From positions 187,550,001 to 187,614,000 of the forward strand of contig NC_091473.1 of the NCBI RefSeq assembly GCF_036971445.1: a DNA stretch of 64,000 nucleotides, written 5' to 3'. Shown piece by piece: positions 25,297 through 37,160 of this stretch. Made by a program: the position numbers and the translations under genes. The stretch is from Narcine bancroftii (lineage: Eukaryota). How positions within the stretch are numbered: the first letter of the stretch is position 1; each line of letters begins with the position of its first letter. The notes beneath the pieces are model-generated. The model was not told the DNA's origin. It saw nothing but the letters and a program-made list of their open reading frames with translations, and made no database searches.

Positions 25297-25456
25297 TCAC
25301 TGATGATCGGAGGGCCACAGGATACCCCTCGGGGACAGGCACTGGCTCAGGACGGGGGGGAGGGGGGGGAGGGGAGGGGGCTCCTCTTCATCCGAGTCGA
25401 ATTCAGCCACGGCATCTCGCACCCATTTCCCAGAGGGATCCTGGATCCAGCCGGAG
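25297..25456 (-). CDS. SCNM1: SCNM1 terminal exon (acidic C-terminal domain)
   Basis: (S)SGWIQDPSGKWVRDAVAEFDSDEEEPPPLP matches SSGWIPDGRGRWVKDENVEFDSDEEEPPDLP. The stop position depends on homopolymer lengths. Confidence 0.9.
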
Positions 25457-26250
25457 CTGCGGAGAGAGGAGGGCAAGGCATCACTGATATCGTAGATGGA
25501 GGAAGGTCGTTCCCCATGGTGGGAGGATCTAGGGCAAGGGGGCACAACCGCACGATTGAACAGCGTTCACTGAGAGGAATTTCTTCAGCCAGAGGGCAGT
25601 GAATCTGTGGAATTTGTCACCACAGGTGGTTGTGGAGGCCAGGCCATTGGATGTACTTAAGGGAGAGATTGACAGGTTGTTGATTAGCCAGGGCAACACC
25701 GTTTACGGGGAGAAGGCTGGGCAGTGGGGCTGAGTGAGAAAATGGAATGGGTCATGACTTGATGGGTTGAATGGCCTACTTCAGTCCTCTGCCTCATGGT
25801 CCTACTGCACACAATTCTGTGTGGTCTCACCAGCGACATCCCTGTTCCTGTACACAGAGCGTTGACTGATGAAGGCAAATGCCTTCACCACCGCCCACCT
25901 TTGTCTATGGGAGTTGACACTTGCAGGGAACAATGAACCTGTACCCCAGGCCCTCTCTGTTCTGCAACACATCCACCAGGGCCCTGCCATTCACAGGGTG
26001 AGTCCTGCCCTGATTGAACTGCCCAAAATGCATCTCCTCGCACTTGTTCGCCATCCGCCATTGCTCAGCCCAGTTTCCCAGTTCACCTGGATCCTGTCTT
26101 CTCTGATAAGCTCCTTCACTAGATCGCCAAGTTTGGAATCATCCACACATTAACTGACCACTCATTCCATCTCGGACGGTCGGGTGCTATGGAAATGGAG
26201 TTGAACGGGAAGGACTGCGGACGCTGGGGGATAAGCACAACACACAAACT

Positions 26251-26626
26251 CACTGGAGAAACTCCACAGATCACGCAGCATCTATGGGAATAAAGGGACA
26301 CTGACATTTTGGGCCTGAGCCCTTCAGGGTACGAGCTAAAGCAGACAGGAGCCTGAATACAAAAATGGGGGGTGGGGCAGGGGGAGGAGAGGAGGGAGGA
26401 AGGGGCAGGGGGAAGAGAGGAGGGAGGAAGGGGCAGGGGGAAGAGAGGAGGGAGGAAGGGGCAGGGGGAAGAGAGAAGGGAGGAAGGAGCAGGGTTTCTC
26501 CCCCAATCATTTTATTTAGGCACTTGCCTGCTTTCTGCTCACACCTTGACAAAGGGCTCAGACCTGAAATGTTGGTTCCCCTTTACTTCCTGCAGACACT
26601 GTGCGACCGGCTGAGTTTCTCCAGTG
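26251..26626. mobile_element. Penelope-derived inverted pLTR pair
   Basis: About 110-bp imperfect inverted repeats (CACTGGAGAAACTC ... GAGTTTCTCCAGTG) around a GA-rich spacer. The same repeat flanks the GIY-YIG fragment at 42085-42369. Confidence 0.65.
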
Positions 26627-26685
26627 CTGTGGGAACGGAGACCTTTCCTCCAACGAGGGTATTCCCCTCACTCACTGGGCCTCAC

Positions 26686-26836
26686 CTCCTGAGGTGCAGG
26701 TGGTAGTCGAGCAGCTTCTGCCGGTCAGGGTCTGCGGACACTGATTGTGATGCAGGTGGACAGCTGGTATTCCTTCTCCGGCCCCCTCGCTTGACGCATG
26801 GCGCGGGTTCAGCGTGGACAACCGTGGGGTGGGAGG
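26686..26836 (-). CDS. SCNM1: SCNM1 exon 7
   Basis: (A)SHPTVV...DPDRQKLLDYHLHLR(S) (compare RRRALDHYLTLRS); TTTCAG acceptor, GTGAGG donor. Confidence 0.88.
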
Positions 26837-27305
26837 CTGAAAGCAGAGAGGGCCAATTAATTGGGTGAAGCAGCATGTGAAACATGCAACACCACCCCAG
26901 CCCGCCCATTGTGGCCACCTGCATCGTTCCACTGCACACGTAGACACCATGCATCCTTCCGCATGCTCTCATGCTGGTTGTGTGCACTCTGGCGCTGCAC
27001 ACACACCCTTACACTCACGCCTCATGCACTCTTGTGCTGCATGCACACCACTGCACCATACATGCCCTCTTGTGCAACACACACCCCTTTGCAAGTAACG
27101 TGCACAAATTTCCTTTGAGGGCCACGATTGTCGCGCACGTGCACACTCTCAACCCGCACACACACCACTGCATGTCATGTGCATCCACTCACATATACAC
27201 ACACTTGCACGCAGCACCCTCACCCCACTTGCACATAAACCCTAACCCACGCCCCGCCACCCCCCCCCCCCCCCCACCGGACCCCATCATCACCCTTTCC
27301 GTTAC

Positions 27306-27403
27306 CTGGCGCCGGCCCCTTGAGGGGCTCCTCCGCTGGTCCCAGCACCGGACTTGCTGCCCCCACTTGCCCCTGCCACCATACACCGGCTGGCTCGCTG
27401 TGG
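27306..27403 (-). CDS. SCNM1: SCNM1 exon 6 (low-conservation linker)
   Basis: TAG acceptor, GTAAC donor. HSEPAGVWWQGQVGAASPVLGPAEEPLKGPAP; phase 2 to 1 bridges exons 5 and 7 exactly. Confidence 0.7.
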
Positions 27404-28039
27404 CTAGGAGACGAGATGGAACAGTCGTCACTGGGCCTGAGGAAAGTGAGTGGCACTCAGCAGGAAATCGGCTCATCCATACCATGGCACAAGGTTACTG
27501 CCACACCAACCCACACCATCTGAATTTTATAAACAAAGAGAATACAGGACAGGGCAGTACAGGCCCTTCAGCCCACGATGCTGTGGCTGACCAATTCAAC
27601 CTAACCCCTCCCACCACCCAGAACCCTCTATTTTTCTTGCATACATGTTAAATTTTCTTGCCATTTCTTTTTCTTTGGCTTGGCTTCGCGAACGAAGATT
27701 TATGGAGGGGGTAAATGTCCACGTCAGCTGCAGGCTCGTTTGTGGCTGACAAGTCCGATGCGGGACAGACAGACACGGTTGCCGCGGTTGCAGGGGAAAA
27801 TTGGTTGGTTGGGGTTGGGTGTTTCCCGACGAAAACAGCGTTTCAGTTGGCCATGAAGCACATGTGCACACATTATATAATGGTCACATCGCTAATAAAC
27901 ATAATTACATCTAAATGTTTTGGAATGATATACACGGTTACGGGACACTGTTCATCAGTCTCACAGACTGCGGGAAGAAGCTATTCCCCAGCCTGGCCGT
28001 CCTGGCTTTGATTCTCTTGGACCTTCTCCTTGTTGTTGT

Positions 28040-28420
28040 CCATGCTGTTGAAGACGCAACTACACTGGACAGGGCACGTCTCCATGATGGAGGATCATTG
28101 CCTGCCTGAGATTGTGCTGTACAGCAAACCCTCCACTGGCCTCTGTGACAGGAGGGGCTCTGAAAAAGTGGTACAAGGGCTCCCTGAAGAAATCCCTTGG
28201 GGCCTGCCACGTTTGACCACCGCCAGTGGTCTGCTCCAGCCTCCGATTGCGCAGCCCGATGGCCCACCATTTGCCAGTCTGCCTCCTCCTTCGGGAACGT
28301 GCGCAGGGCCAGCCTTGACGACAAAAGGAGACGGAGGAAGACCATGACACTGCCGCACCAAACCCAGAACGATTTTCCCTTGCTGCGGCAGGGCACGTCC
28401 ATCCCGCATTGGCCACCAAC
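28040..28420 (+). mobile_element. RTE-clade LINE fragment
   Basis: MLLKTQLHWTGHVSMMEDHCLPEIVLY motif. An RTE 3' end lies on the minus strand at about 27670-27830. Confidence 0.75.
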
Positions 28421-29867
28421 GAGCCCCTTCCTGATGGTAGTGGGTCAAAGACCCCCCTTGATAATTCTTTGAGCTCTATTTATCCAGGGCTCCCGGTGAA
28501 TGTCATCAATAGAGGGAGACCCCAGTGCTCTTCTCAGCCATTTTGATGACCCTCTGTGTGGAATCCAGACCGATGCTTTGCAGCTACTGGCCTGTGCAGT
28601 GATGCAGCCAGACAGTCTTTTGACTATCCCAACTGTACAAGCCTCTACCACCACCCCTGGTGGGGCATTCCAGGCATCCACCACTCAGTGTAAAAAGAAC
28701 ATTTCCCCTGACCTTGAACAAGATTTCTGCTGGGCACCCCAGGAAAATGGTGCTGGACATTTAACAGGTCCACCCCTTCTGCCCCAGAAGGAATAAACTC
28801 AGCTGATAAAAATCTCCCCTTGTAACTCAACATCCCAGTGAGTCTCTTTGGCTCGTGCATGTGTTCTCTCTCTCTCCCTCTCTCTCTGTGCTTCTCCACA
28901 TCCTTTAGCATGGTGTCGTCACCAGTGAATGAACTTGCAATGCGGCAGCGGTACAAGCCCTTCCTGCCCACAATCCCACGCCACCAAAATATACCCCATA
29001 CGACCAATTAGCCTGCTAACCCTTGTACGTCCGTGGATCGTGGGAGGTCCAGAGCACCCAGAAGAAATCCACACTGAACTTTTTTTGGGGGAGGAAGATG
29101 GGGGGGGGGGAAGAAGGGTTAATATAACGGATGACCTCTCCTGGACCCACAGCACTACCTCATCAGTCAGGAAGGTGCAGCAGCGCCTTCACTTCCTCAG
29201 GAGGTTGACTAGGGGCAGGAATACCGGCCCCCCATCTCAACTACATTTCACAGGAGCACCACTGAGAGCGCCCTGTCCAGCTGTGTCACTGTGCAGGGTG
29301 GCAGCTGCAAAGCATTGGACCAGGTCAATACAGAGGGTCATCAAAATGGGTGAGGGTCACTGGCATCTCCCTTTCCTCTTCTGGGACCATTGCTTATATA
29401 GGGCTCATGAAATTATCGAGGACCCTTTCCATCCAGTGCACAGGGTCTTTGACCCACTACCATCGAAAAGGAGGTACAGGAGCATCAAAATCAGGACGGC
29501 CAGGCTGGGGAACGGCTCCTTCCCGCAGGCTGTGAGACTGATGAACAGTGTCCTATAACCAAGTAAATCATTCCAAAATATTTATGTATATTTATTTTAG
29601 ATAATATTGTAATGCATGATTATTAGGTATCTGTGTCCATGTGTACGCATATGTGTATACATGTGTGTGTACCTGTGTGTCCGTGCGTGAGTGCGCATTA
29701 ACCACGATCCAGAGAAATGCCATTTCATCAGGTGGTACGTGCACAATCAGGTGATAATGAAGTTGAGAAGGTGTGAAAAAAGGGGCGGATTCGAACCCTG
29801 CCCAGGCAAATCGCACCTCCCCGAATGACCACCTCAGATACCAGGAGGGGAGAGCACTGCGTCATAC

Positions 29868-29962
29868 CATTTCCGCTTGCACTGGCTGCTGTAGGGGGAG
29901 GCTTTCAGGAGGGCATGATGCGCAATCTCCCTGGTCCTCCGGAGGAGAGGTGGCAGCTGTCC
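29868..29962 (-). CDS. SCNM1: SCNM1 exon 5
   Basis: GQLPPLLRRTREIAHHALLKASPYSSQCKRK(C) (compare APLLTQTRLITQSALHRAPHYNSCCRRK); TTTGCAG acceptor, GTATGA donor. Confidence 0.9.
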
Positions 29963-31479
29963 CTGCAAAGAGAGGCACTAATCAGTCGAGTGACCCCGAG
30001 GGATGGGATCCTTGCATCACCGCCAAGACCCTGGAGCAGATCAGGCCAATTCGAATCTTTCCCCCTTTAATCGCATTCTCCCTGTACTTTTGGCATTCGA
30101 ATCCATCAACCTCTGCTTAAAATCTACCAAATGACTTGGCCATCTATGGCAATGAATTCCACAGATTCACCACCTGAGAAAAGTCCTCATCTCTGCTCTA
30201 AAGGGATGTCCTTTCATTTTGAAGCTTCATCCACTGGTCCCAGACTCTCCCACTGCTGCAAGTATCTTCTTTCACTCTATCCAAACCTTCAATTAAAAAA
30301 ATCTGGCGCCACTACCCTAACAGAAGGACTGCCGCTGACATGGACCCAAGGAGAGCAGGGAGCAGAGATGAGGCGCAGCTCCACAGGGTCCTTCTGCCCG
30401 GTACCACAGCCGACAGTTCTGTACTGCCTTCAAACGACCTGTCAAAATCCTGCAACGTCACAGGGTATGGGCCCAAGATGGCGGCACCTGCATGCGGCAG
30501 CTGCCTCAAGGGCAAGTAGCGGATTGGCGAAGGACACCAGCGATGTGAATGCCACCCCCCCTCCCCCACATTGTAAAGAGGACAACCCTAGGGACAGTGA
30601 TCGTGGTGGCAGGCAAGCGAGGAGTTCTGTGGCTGAAAGACATGCACAGGAGGAGAGCTGTCTGCAATTTGCAAGCGGTCAGGAGGGGGAGGGGGACCCA
30701 GGCTGCTGGAGACCAGCTTGTGGGAACCAGGTATCGAAACCAGGATTCGAGAGGGTTGCCGAGGGCAAGGAGGGCTCCCGAAGGGGCCTTGGGCACAAAG
30801 GTTTGGATCGGGTCGCCGATGGATCTGTTCGGCTGCGGGGAGTGCTGGAGAGGAATCCACAGGTTCTCACTGACTCAGAAGGGACTCTTCTGCTTCTCCT
30901 TCTCCGACTGTAAAAGGAGCACTAGGCAATGCTAATGAGAAATCTTTGTCCGCCTTCTGACAGACCAACGCCAATTCATTTCTGTTTTTATTGCATGACT
31001 ATAAATAGTATCTGATCTGATTTGATAAGTTTCGATGAGATTCCCCTCCCTCATCCTTTTAAACCCCAGCAAGTACCGACCCAGAAACATCAAATGAACA
31101 TTAACCATCACCCCAGGACCTTTCCTGTAAACCACCTCTGAACCCTCTCCAACACGTTCTTCTTCTCAATCCCCCTCAGTAATCACAAACCTATAGAACA
31201 TCGATCCCAATCTACGGCAACAAATTCTGTACATTCACCCCCACACCCCTCAGAAATTCCTCCTCACCTCCGTTTTTTTTATTTTGAGCCTGTGGCCTCT
31301 CCCATTTTCTCCGTGTATGGGGTACTTTGTTGAGGGCTGGACTGAGTCGTTGGGATGGAAGGTGCTCAAACCCAACGTGAGAGGTGGGATTCAGCTGATG
31401 CCGACCCAACTATTCAGGATTTCTGATGGTTCGGCTTCTGGGATACCAGGCGGAATTTCACACCGTCTTTTTAACTATC

Positions 31480-31857
31480 GGGACCCCGTCACCCGTCACG
31501 CTCCCCGGGACCCCGTCTCCCGTCACGCTCCCCGGGACCCCGTCTCCCGTCACGCTCCCCGGGACCCCGTCTCCCGTCACGCTCCCCGGGACCCCGTCTC
31601 CCGTCACGCTCCCCGGGACCCCGTCTCCCGTCACGCTCCCCGGGACCCCGTCTCCCGTCACGCTCCCCGGGACCCCGTCTCCCGTCACGCTCCCCGGGAC
31701 CCCGTCTCCCGTCACGCTCCCCGGGACCCCGTCTCCCGTCACGCTCCCCGGGACCCCGTCTCCCGTCACGCTCCCCGGGACCCCGTCTCCCGTCACGCTC
31801 CCCGGGACCCCGTCTCTCGTCACGCTCCCCGGGACCCCGTCTCTCGTCACGCTCCCC
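31480..31857. repeat. 27-bp minisatellite (GGGACCCCGTCTCCCGTCACGCTCCCC), about 14 copies
   Basis: Near-perfect tandem array in SCNM1 intron 4, with decayed copies to about 31950. Confidence 0.97.
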
Positions 31858-32202
31858 AGACCCTATCTCCCTTTACACTCCATGGGACCCCGTCTCCCAT
31901 TCCTTTTATTCTCTCTAGGACCCTGTCTCCCTTTACACTCCCTGGGACATAGTCTTCCACTCCCCAGGATCCTGTTTCCTGCAGAATTGATTGGTAATCC
32001 CGTTACCTGTTTAAACCCCCTGGGGCCATGCAACCCACCCCCCTTAATTCCAGATCAGGAAGTCGAATAGCCGAGGAGGGGTGAAGAAAAGGCTGGGGTT
32101 GGATGTGGGCAGGAGCAATTCCCCAGGCCCATTTCTTATCCCGTGCAGTTTCAAAGGTCTGGATCAAATGGACCAGGTTGGGAATTACAGACCAGGTTTT
32201 AC

Positions 32203-32312
32203 CTCCTCCCTTTGGGGATCTGATCCCGACTCCTCCTGGAGGTGCTGTCGGTGCCGGTGTTTCTGAACTTCCAACTGGATGCTCCTCTTCTGGCCATAGA
32301 ACTGCTGGAGAC
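32203..32312 (-). CDS. SCNM1: SCNM1 exon 4
   Basis: (S)LQQFYGQKRSIQLEVQKHRHRQHLQEESGSDPQREE (compare LQLFYGKK); CAG acceptor, GTAAAA donor; phases consistent. Confidence 0.9.
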
Positions 32313-32925
32313 CTGGTCAGGGGGTTGGGTGGGTGAGGGAGGAGGTGAGAGTTAGGGATTGGGGGGACAGAGGGAGGAGAGGGGGAATGGGCAATAGGGG
32401 GAAAGGGAATGAGGAGGGTGTTGGGGAGGAGGCAATGGAGAGAGGAAGGAGGAGGTGGGGATTTGGGAAGGAGGGAGTCAGAGGGGATAATGGGGAGGGA
32501 GGAGGGGCAGAGGTTGGAGGGAGTGTGAAGGAAGAGGGGAGAGTTAGGGAAGGGAGGGGTGGGTGGAGGAGGGTAAATTGGAGGGAGGGCGTGAGTGGTG
32601 GGGGCGTGGGGGGGGAGGAACATCCATTACTGGACTGACTCACAAGGCACTGAAACTACAAGGTAAACCTGGCGGCACCCATCCACAGCGCTCCCTCCTC
32701 ACCCCCCTCCTTCCTCATCCTCATCCCTATCCCCTCGCCCCCTCATCCCCTCCCTTTTCGCCCCTCCCTCCCTTGTCACACCCCGTTCCTTGTCCGCTCT
32801 CTCCTCACCCCTTGCCCCTACCTCCCTTCTTGCCCCTTCCACCTCCCTCCCTGCCCCTTCCCCCTCTCACCTGGTGACCCCTTCCCCTGTTCCACCCCCC
32901 CCACCTCCCAATGTTGAGCACTCAC

Positions 32926-33014
32926 TGGTGATGTGCTTCTTCCCCGTTCTGTGAGCAGCCAGCATGTCGACTGTGTCAAAAACGGGCCGGTATGAGCACA
33001 CGGAACAGGCATAC
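32926..33014 (-). CDS. SCNM1: SCNM1 exon 3 (C2H2 zinc finger)
   Basis: (R)YACSVCSYRPVFDTVDMLAAHRTGKKHIT(S); CAG acceptor, GTGAGT donor. Confidence 0.95.
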
Positions 33015-33603
33015 CTGGGTGGGAGAGAGGGGGTGGGGGGTAAAGTCCAGTTAATGTACACCCTCCCATCTCCTAATGGAACAAAGTGGGGGAGGGGGAG
33101 AAAGGGGAGATAGACAGGCAGAAAGAGGGAGGAAAGGTAGAGAGTGGGGAAGACACAGAGGGGGAGAGGCGCTTCAGTCCATCAGGCCCTTGCTTATAAT
33201 CCACTACCTGTTTACACCCACAATTTAACTCCATCAACTCCCCCCTGGGGTAGAAATCCCCCCCCTGGATTCTACCCCCTCACTCACACACCCAGTGGAA
33301 CAATCTGGAATGGCTGATTAAACCCCACCCCCACCCCTCACTCTCACAAGTTGTAAGGATAAACAGATTCAATGGTCAGCATCTGGCCTGTCAAGCCTGC
33401 TCCGCCATTTAATGAGATCCCGGAAGATCTGACCGCTGACTCAGCTTCACTTCCCCACGACCATAACAAAAGCTTCCCCCAAAAATCTAACTCTTTAAGT
33501 TCAAGCTCAAATTTATTACAGAGCACACAACGACATCACATACAACTCTGAGATTCTCTTTCCTGTGGGCCAGGTAGAATTTCTAATTATTAGTCGTGTA
33601 AAC

Positions 33604-33720
33604 CAATGGTTTTCAACCTTTTTTTTCCACACTTACCACCTCTGCCATCGGTGCTCTGTGATTGGTAAGGGGTTACTTAAAGTGGGACGTGAGTGGAAAG
33701 AGAAAGGTTGAGAACCCCTG
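33604..33720. mobile_element. hAT/Charlie-like MITE
   Basis: TIRs CAATGGTTTTCAACCTTT / AAAGGTTGAGAACCCCTG; imperfect 8-bp flanks GTGTAAAC / GAATAAAC. Confidence 0.7.
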
Positions 33721-34818
33721 GAATAAACTGTACTTGAGAAAAGATAGTTTTGCAAAAGAGAGAAATATTCATGAAGAAGTGTAAACAAACTGATTGTGCA
33801 AATACAGAAAACACAGGCCATCACAGGCAAAACCACTCCCCACCATCGAGAACGTCTACGGGGAACGCTGCCTTCGGACAGCAGCAGCAATCATCGAGGA
33901 TCCGCACCACCCAGCAACATGCTCTGTTCTCGCTGCTGCCATCAGGAAAGAGGTCTCAGTGCCACAAGACTCGCACCACCAGGTTCAGGAATGGCTGCTA
34001 CCCCTCCACCATCAGACTCAATAACAACAAACTCAATCAGGAACTTATTTAAGGACCCTTACTTTGCACATTATTTACTACTGAATATTTATACCTCTGT
34101 ATTTACATTTCTTTGAGTACAGTTTACAGTTACCTGGCCCGACCCTGATGAAAAAGAATCTCATGGTTGTATGTCCTCTGACTTCTCTTGTCTCCATTAA
34201 CCCACCCCCCCTCCATCTTTCCCTACAACTCCTGTCCTTGAGCTCTGTCTTTCTTCTCTTTCCCCTCCCACCCAGAGTCCCAGACAAACCCACCTCCTCC
34301 AGTCAATTCTTACCTTTCCTCTTGCCAGCTATACCCAGTTCACACCTTTTCTCTGTTGGTCATTTCCCTGTTCTTTTTTTCCCAACCAAGCCTGTTTATT
34401 CAGGGGGCCCTGCCTGTTTTCTGCACATCCCTTGCTCAGGCCTGAAACCTCAAATATACAGTAAGAACCCCTGGTATCCAGAACCTATGGGGATTGATAG
34501 ATGCCAGATAAGTGAATTTTTCCGGTTGCTTGAGATCACGAGTTGCGTGGATTGGCGAATTAACGGCGAGGTGTGGCAATTTTAAACTTCCACGCTTTTA
34601 ACCGATTTATTTTCCCCTAGTTGTTTGATTTCCAGATATATCTTTACCTCCCCTGGACCCTGCGAGACTGGCTGAGTTCCTCCAGCCTTCCGGGCTTGGT
34701 CTCGGGGTTCTGTCGTCTGCTGGGATAGATTGCTCCACCCTTCCCCAGCTGGCTCTCTGCCCTTGCTCACCCTCCCAGGTGACCCATAACCAGCCTCGCC
34801 AGCCCCCTCCCTCCTTAC

Positions 34819-34889
34819 CTGCCGCTGTTCAGCAGGAGGGCTTCGTCCTCGGGGATGTAGTGTGCAAGCAGGTCCGCCACCCTCCGCTT
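34819..34889 (-). CDS. SCNM1: SCNM1 exon 2
   Basis: KRRVADLLAHYIPEDEALLLNSG(R); CAG acceptor, GTAAGG donor. Confidence 0.95.
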
Positions 34890-35262
34890 CTGTGTGGAGA
34901 CGGGGAGACGGTTACTGGCGGGAGGAAAGAGGAGGGTTGGACGTAGAGAGGCGGCGAGGATCTGGAAGGAAATGTTCCGGAGCCCAGGCCGCGGAAGCTA
35001 CGGTGCAGAAGATGGCACCCACTGATCTCCATGCAATGGGGTCATCACCATGGGCAACCCATGCAGCCTTGGCGATCGATCGTTACCATGGCAACCTAGC
35101 TCTGTTACCATGGCTACAAACGCTCCCCGGTACAGGGGCCCGTTACCATGGGCAACCTCATGCTCCCCCGGCTGACAGGGCGCTGCAGCAGGTGTTTGGG
35201 GCCCCCTCCTTCCCTTCCTCCCCCGGGCCCACAGCCACCACCCCCATCGTCGGTACCCTTAC

Positions 35263-35313
35263 CCTCAGCACGTTGAGCTGGCTCAGATCGTCGCCCTCCC
35301 TCTTGAAGGCCAT
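35263..35313 (-). CDS. SCNM1: Sodium channel modifier 1 (minor spliceosome factor) exon 1
   Basis: MAFKREGDDLSQLNVLR, GTAAGG donor; matches the SCNM1 N-terminus MSFKREGDDWSQLNVLK. Confidence 0.95.
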
Positions 35314-35489
35314 GCCCGATCCGCCGGGCCGCGTCCCGCTTCCGGGAAACTGCGCCGCGGGGAGTTGGACAACAGCGACCACAATGCAATGGGCGTGCGG
35401 GACCCCGCAGCGGCCCGAGGCTTCCTGACGCGCTGTTATTTCTCCTCCTTTTGTGGCCCCTGATCTCCCTTCGAACCCGTCCGGACTTT

Positions 35490-35632
35490 GCCCTGGGGAT
35501 TATAGTGGCAAAAGACGCTGAATTCGCGCAGGCGGTCGGGATTTCCCAACGCCCTCTGGGAACTGTAGTGCCATGCTGTCAATGACCAGGGCAGCCCGGA
35601 CTAAAGGAACTACATCATCCAGCATGCACTGT
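35490..35632. promoter_or_regulatory. SCNM1 promoter with divergent ZNF143 (SBS)-like motifs
   Basis: Minus strand ACTACAGTTCCCAGAGGGC (35551-35569) and plus strand ACTACATCATCCAGCATGCA (35609-35628), in CpG-rich sequence upstream of the SCNM1 ATG. Confidence 0.7.
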
Positions 35633-36129
35633 AGTGACACCCCTGCCAGAGGTTCCCTGGTCAATAGAGTCTCCTTGCTTTCTAATAATACCTTAAGCAG
35701 ATGTGTACTTTCCTTTTTTAAAAATACTTTATTAAATTCATAGAGATAAATATTACATGCATAAATTGTTTAGATATTAATTACATAATGCACTACAGAA
35801 TATGTCACATATCAATTTACAACAAAAAAGTGAAAAATCCACCTCATATTCTAATAGAAACAGGTGCAGGAGTAGGCCATTTGGCCCTTTGAGCCAGCAC
35901 CGTTCCTACCTTCTCCCCCTATCCCTTGGCCCCGGTATCATTAAGAGCTCCGTCTGACTCCCTCCTTGAAAGCATCTGGAGAATTGGCCCGCTGAGGCAG
36001 AGGTCTCCCTCTCCCCCAACCATCCGAAATGGCCCACCCCTTATTCTTAAACTGGACTCCCCCGAGATCAGGAGTGTTTCTTGCCTCTAACATGTTTTAA
36101 TCAGATCCCCTCGCCTCCTGCTAAATCCA

Positions 36130-36390
36130 ATCTTTCAACATATGACAGTCCCGTCATCCCAGCAATTAACTTCATCCACTCCCTCAATAGCAAGAATGTC
36201 CTTCCGTAAAGTTGGAGACCAAAACTGCAGAATATACTCCAAGTGTGATCTCACTGGAGCCCTGTACAACTGCAGAAGGACCTCTCTGCTCCTAAGCTCA
36301 TCTCCCCTTATTATGAGGGCCAACATGCCATTAGCTTTCTTCACTGCCTGCTGTACCTGCACACTTTCTTTCAGTGAATGATGAATGAGG
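36130..36390 (-). mobile_element. CR1 LINE fragment between the SCNM1 and LYSMD1 promoters
   Basis: MQVQQAVKKANGMLALIIRGDELRSREVLLQLYRAPVRSHLEYILQFWSP. Confidence 0.85.
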
Positions 36391-36849
36391 ACACCTTGTG
36401 ATTATCTAAATAGACTGATCTTTCATAGAAAATAAGAACAAAAGAAGGAAAAAACCCTTCCCACTAAACACGGTCACCAGCAAGTAAATTGTGCAGAATC
36501 GAGTCTTGGCTCTCGGGCGCCAGATCAAAAACCCCTGAAGCACCCTTGCCCAAGTCATCAAATTATGATTATCACCCCAAATCTTGTCAAATTCAACCTT
36601 GATCTCTGTAACATTAGAGCTAATTTTCTCCAAGCCCAAGGTGTTTCCTTCTTAAACAAACTAATTTTCAAAACACTTCAAAAAGAATAAAAAACAGTGA
36701 CCCCTATTAATCAAACCCCTCCCTCTGAACAAGGTCAACTTGCATATTTAAGGTACTTAGGACACGAAGGTCAACATTGGGAAAACCAGACAGAGCTGCT
36801 CAGGAGCACCCAAACACTCGTTAAATTATGATAATGATTTATGGTAGTG

Positions 36850-37160
36850 TGGGGTATGACAACGGCTCTGTATCCGCTTATCTTTGTGAGGTTTATCAGT
36901 TGGTTGTTTTTCCAGACTCTTTTGTGTAGTCTTCCAAAGGCGCTATTTGCCTTGGCGCATCTGCGGTCTATCTCGTTGTCGATCCTTGCTTCTGATGAAA
37001 TGGTGCAGCCGAGGTAGGTAAACTGGTTGACCGTTTTGAGTTTTGTGTGCCCGATGGAGATGTGGGGGGGCTGGTAGTCATGGTGGGGAGCTGGCTGATG
37101 GAGGACCTCAGTTTTCTTCAGGCTGACTTCCAGGCCAAACATTTTGGCAGTTTCCGCAAA
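36850..37160 (-). mobile_element. RTE-clade LINE RT fragment between the SCNM1 and LYSMD1 promoters
   Basis: FAETAKMFGLEVSLKKTEVLHQPAP...VNQFTYLGCTISS..RIDNEIDRR..KANSAFGRLHKRVW. Confidence 0.88.

Noticed and set aside
29783-29805. tRNA gene (GGTTCGAATCC B box on the minus strand)
   Set aside because: No A box or cloverleaf. More likely a SINE remnant, like 23020-23215.
31212-31409. ORF with weak likeness to SCNM1 exon 5 (ALNKVPHTRRK)
   Set aside because: A much better, phase-correct exon 5 exists at 29962-29868.
31284-32070. ORFs with perfect 9-aa repeats (HAPRDPVSR / TLPGTPSPV / GDGVPGSVT)
   Set aside because: A 27-bp minisatellite in an SCNM1 intron, open on both strands, with no splice or start context.
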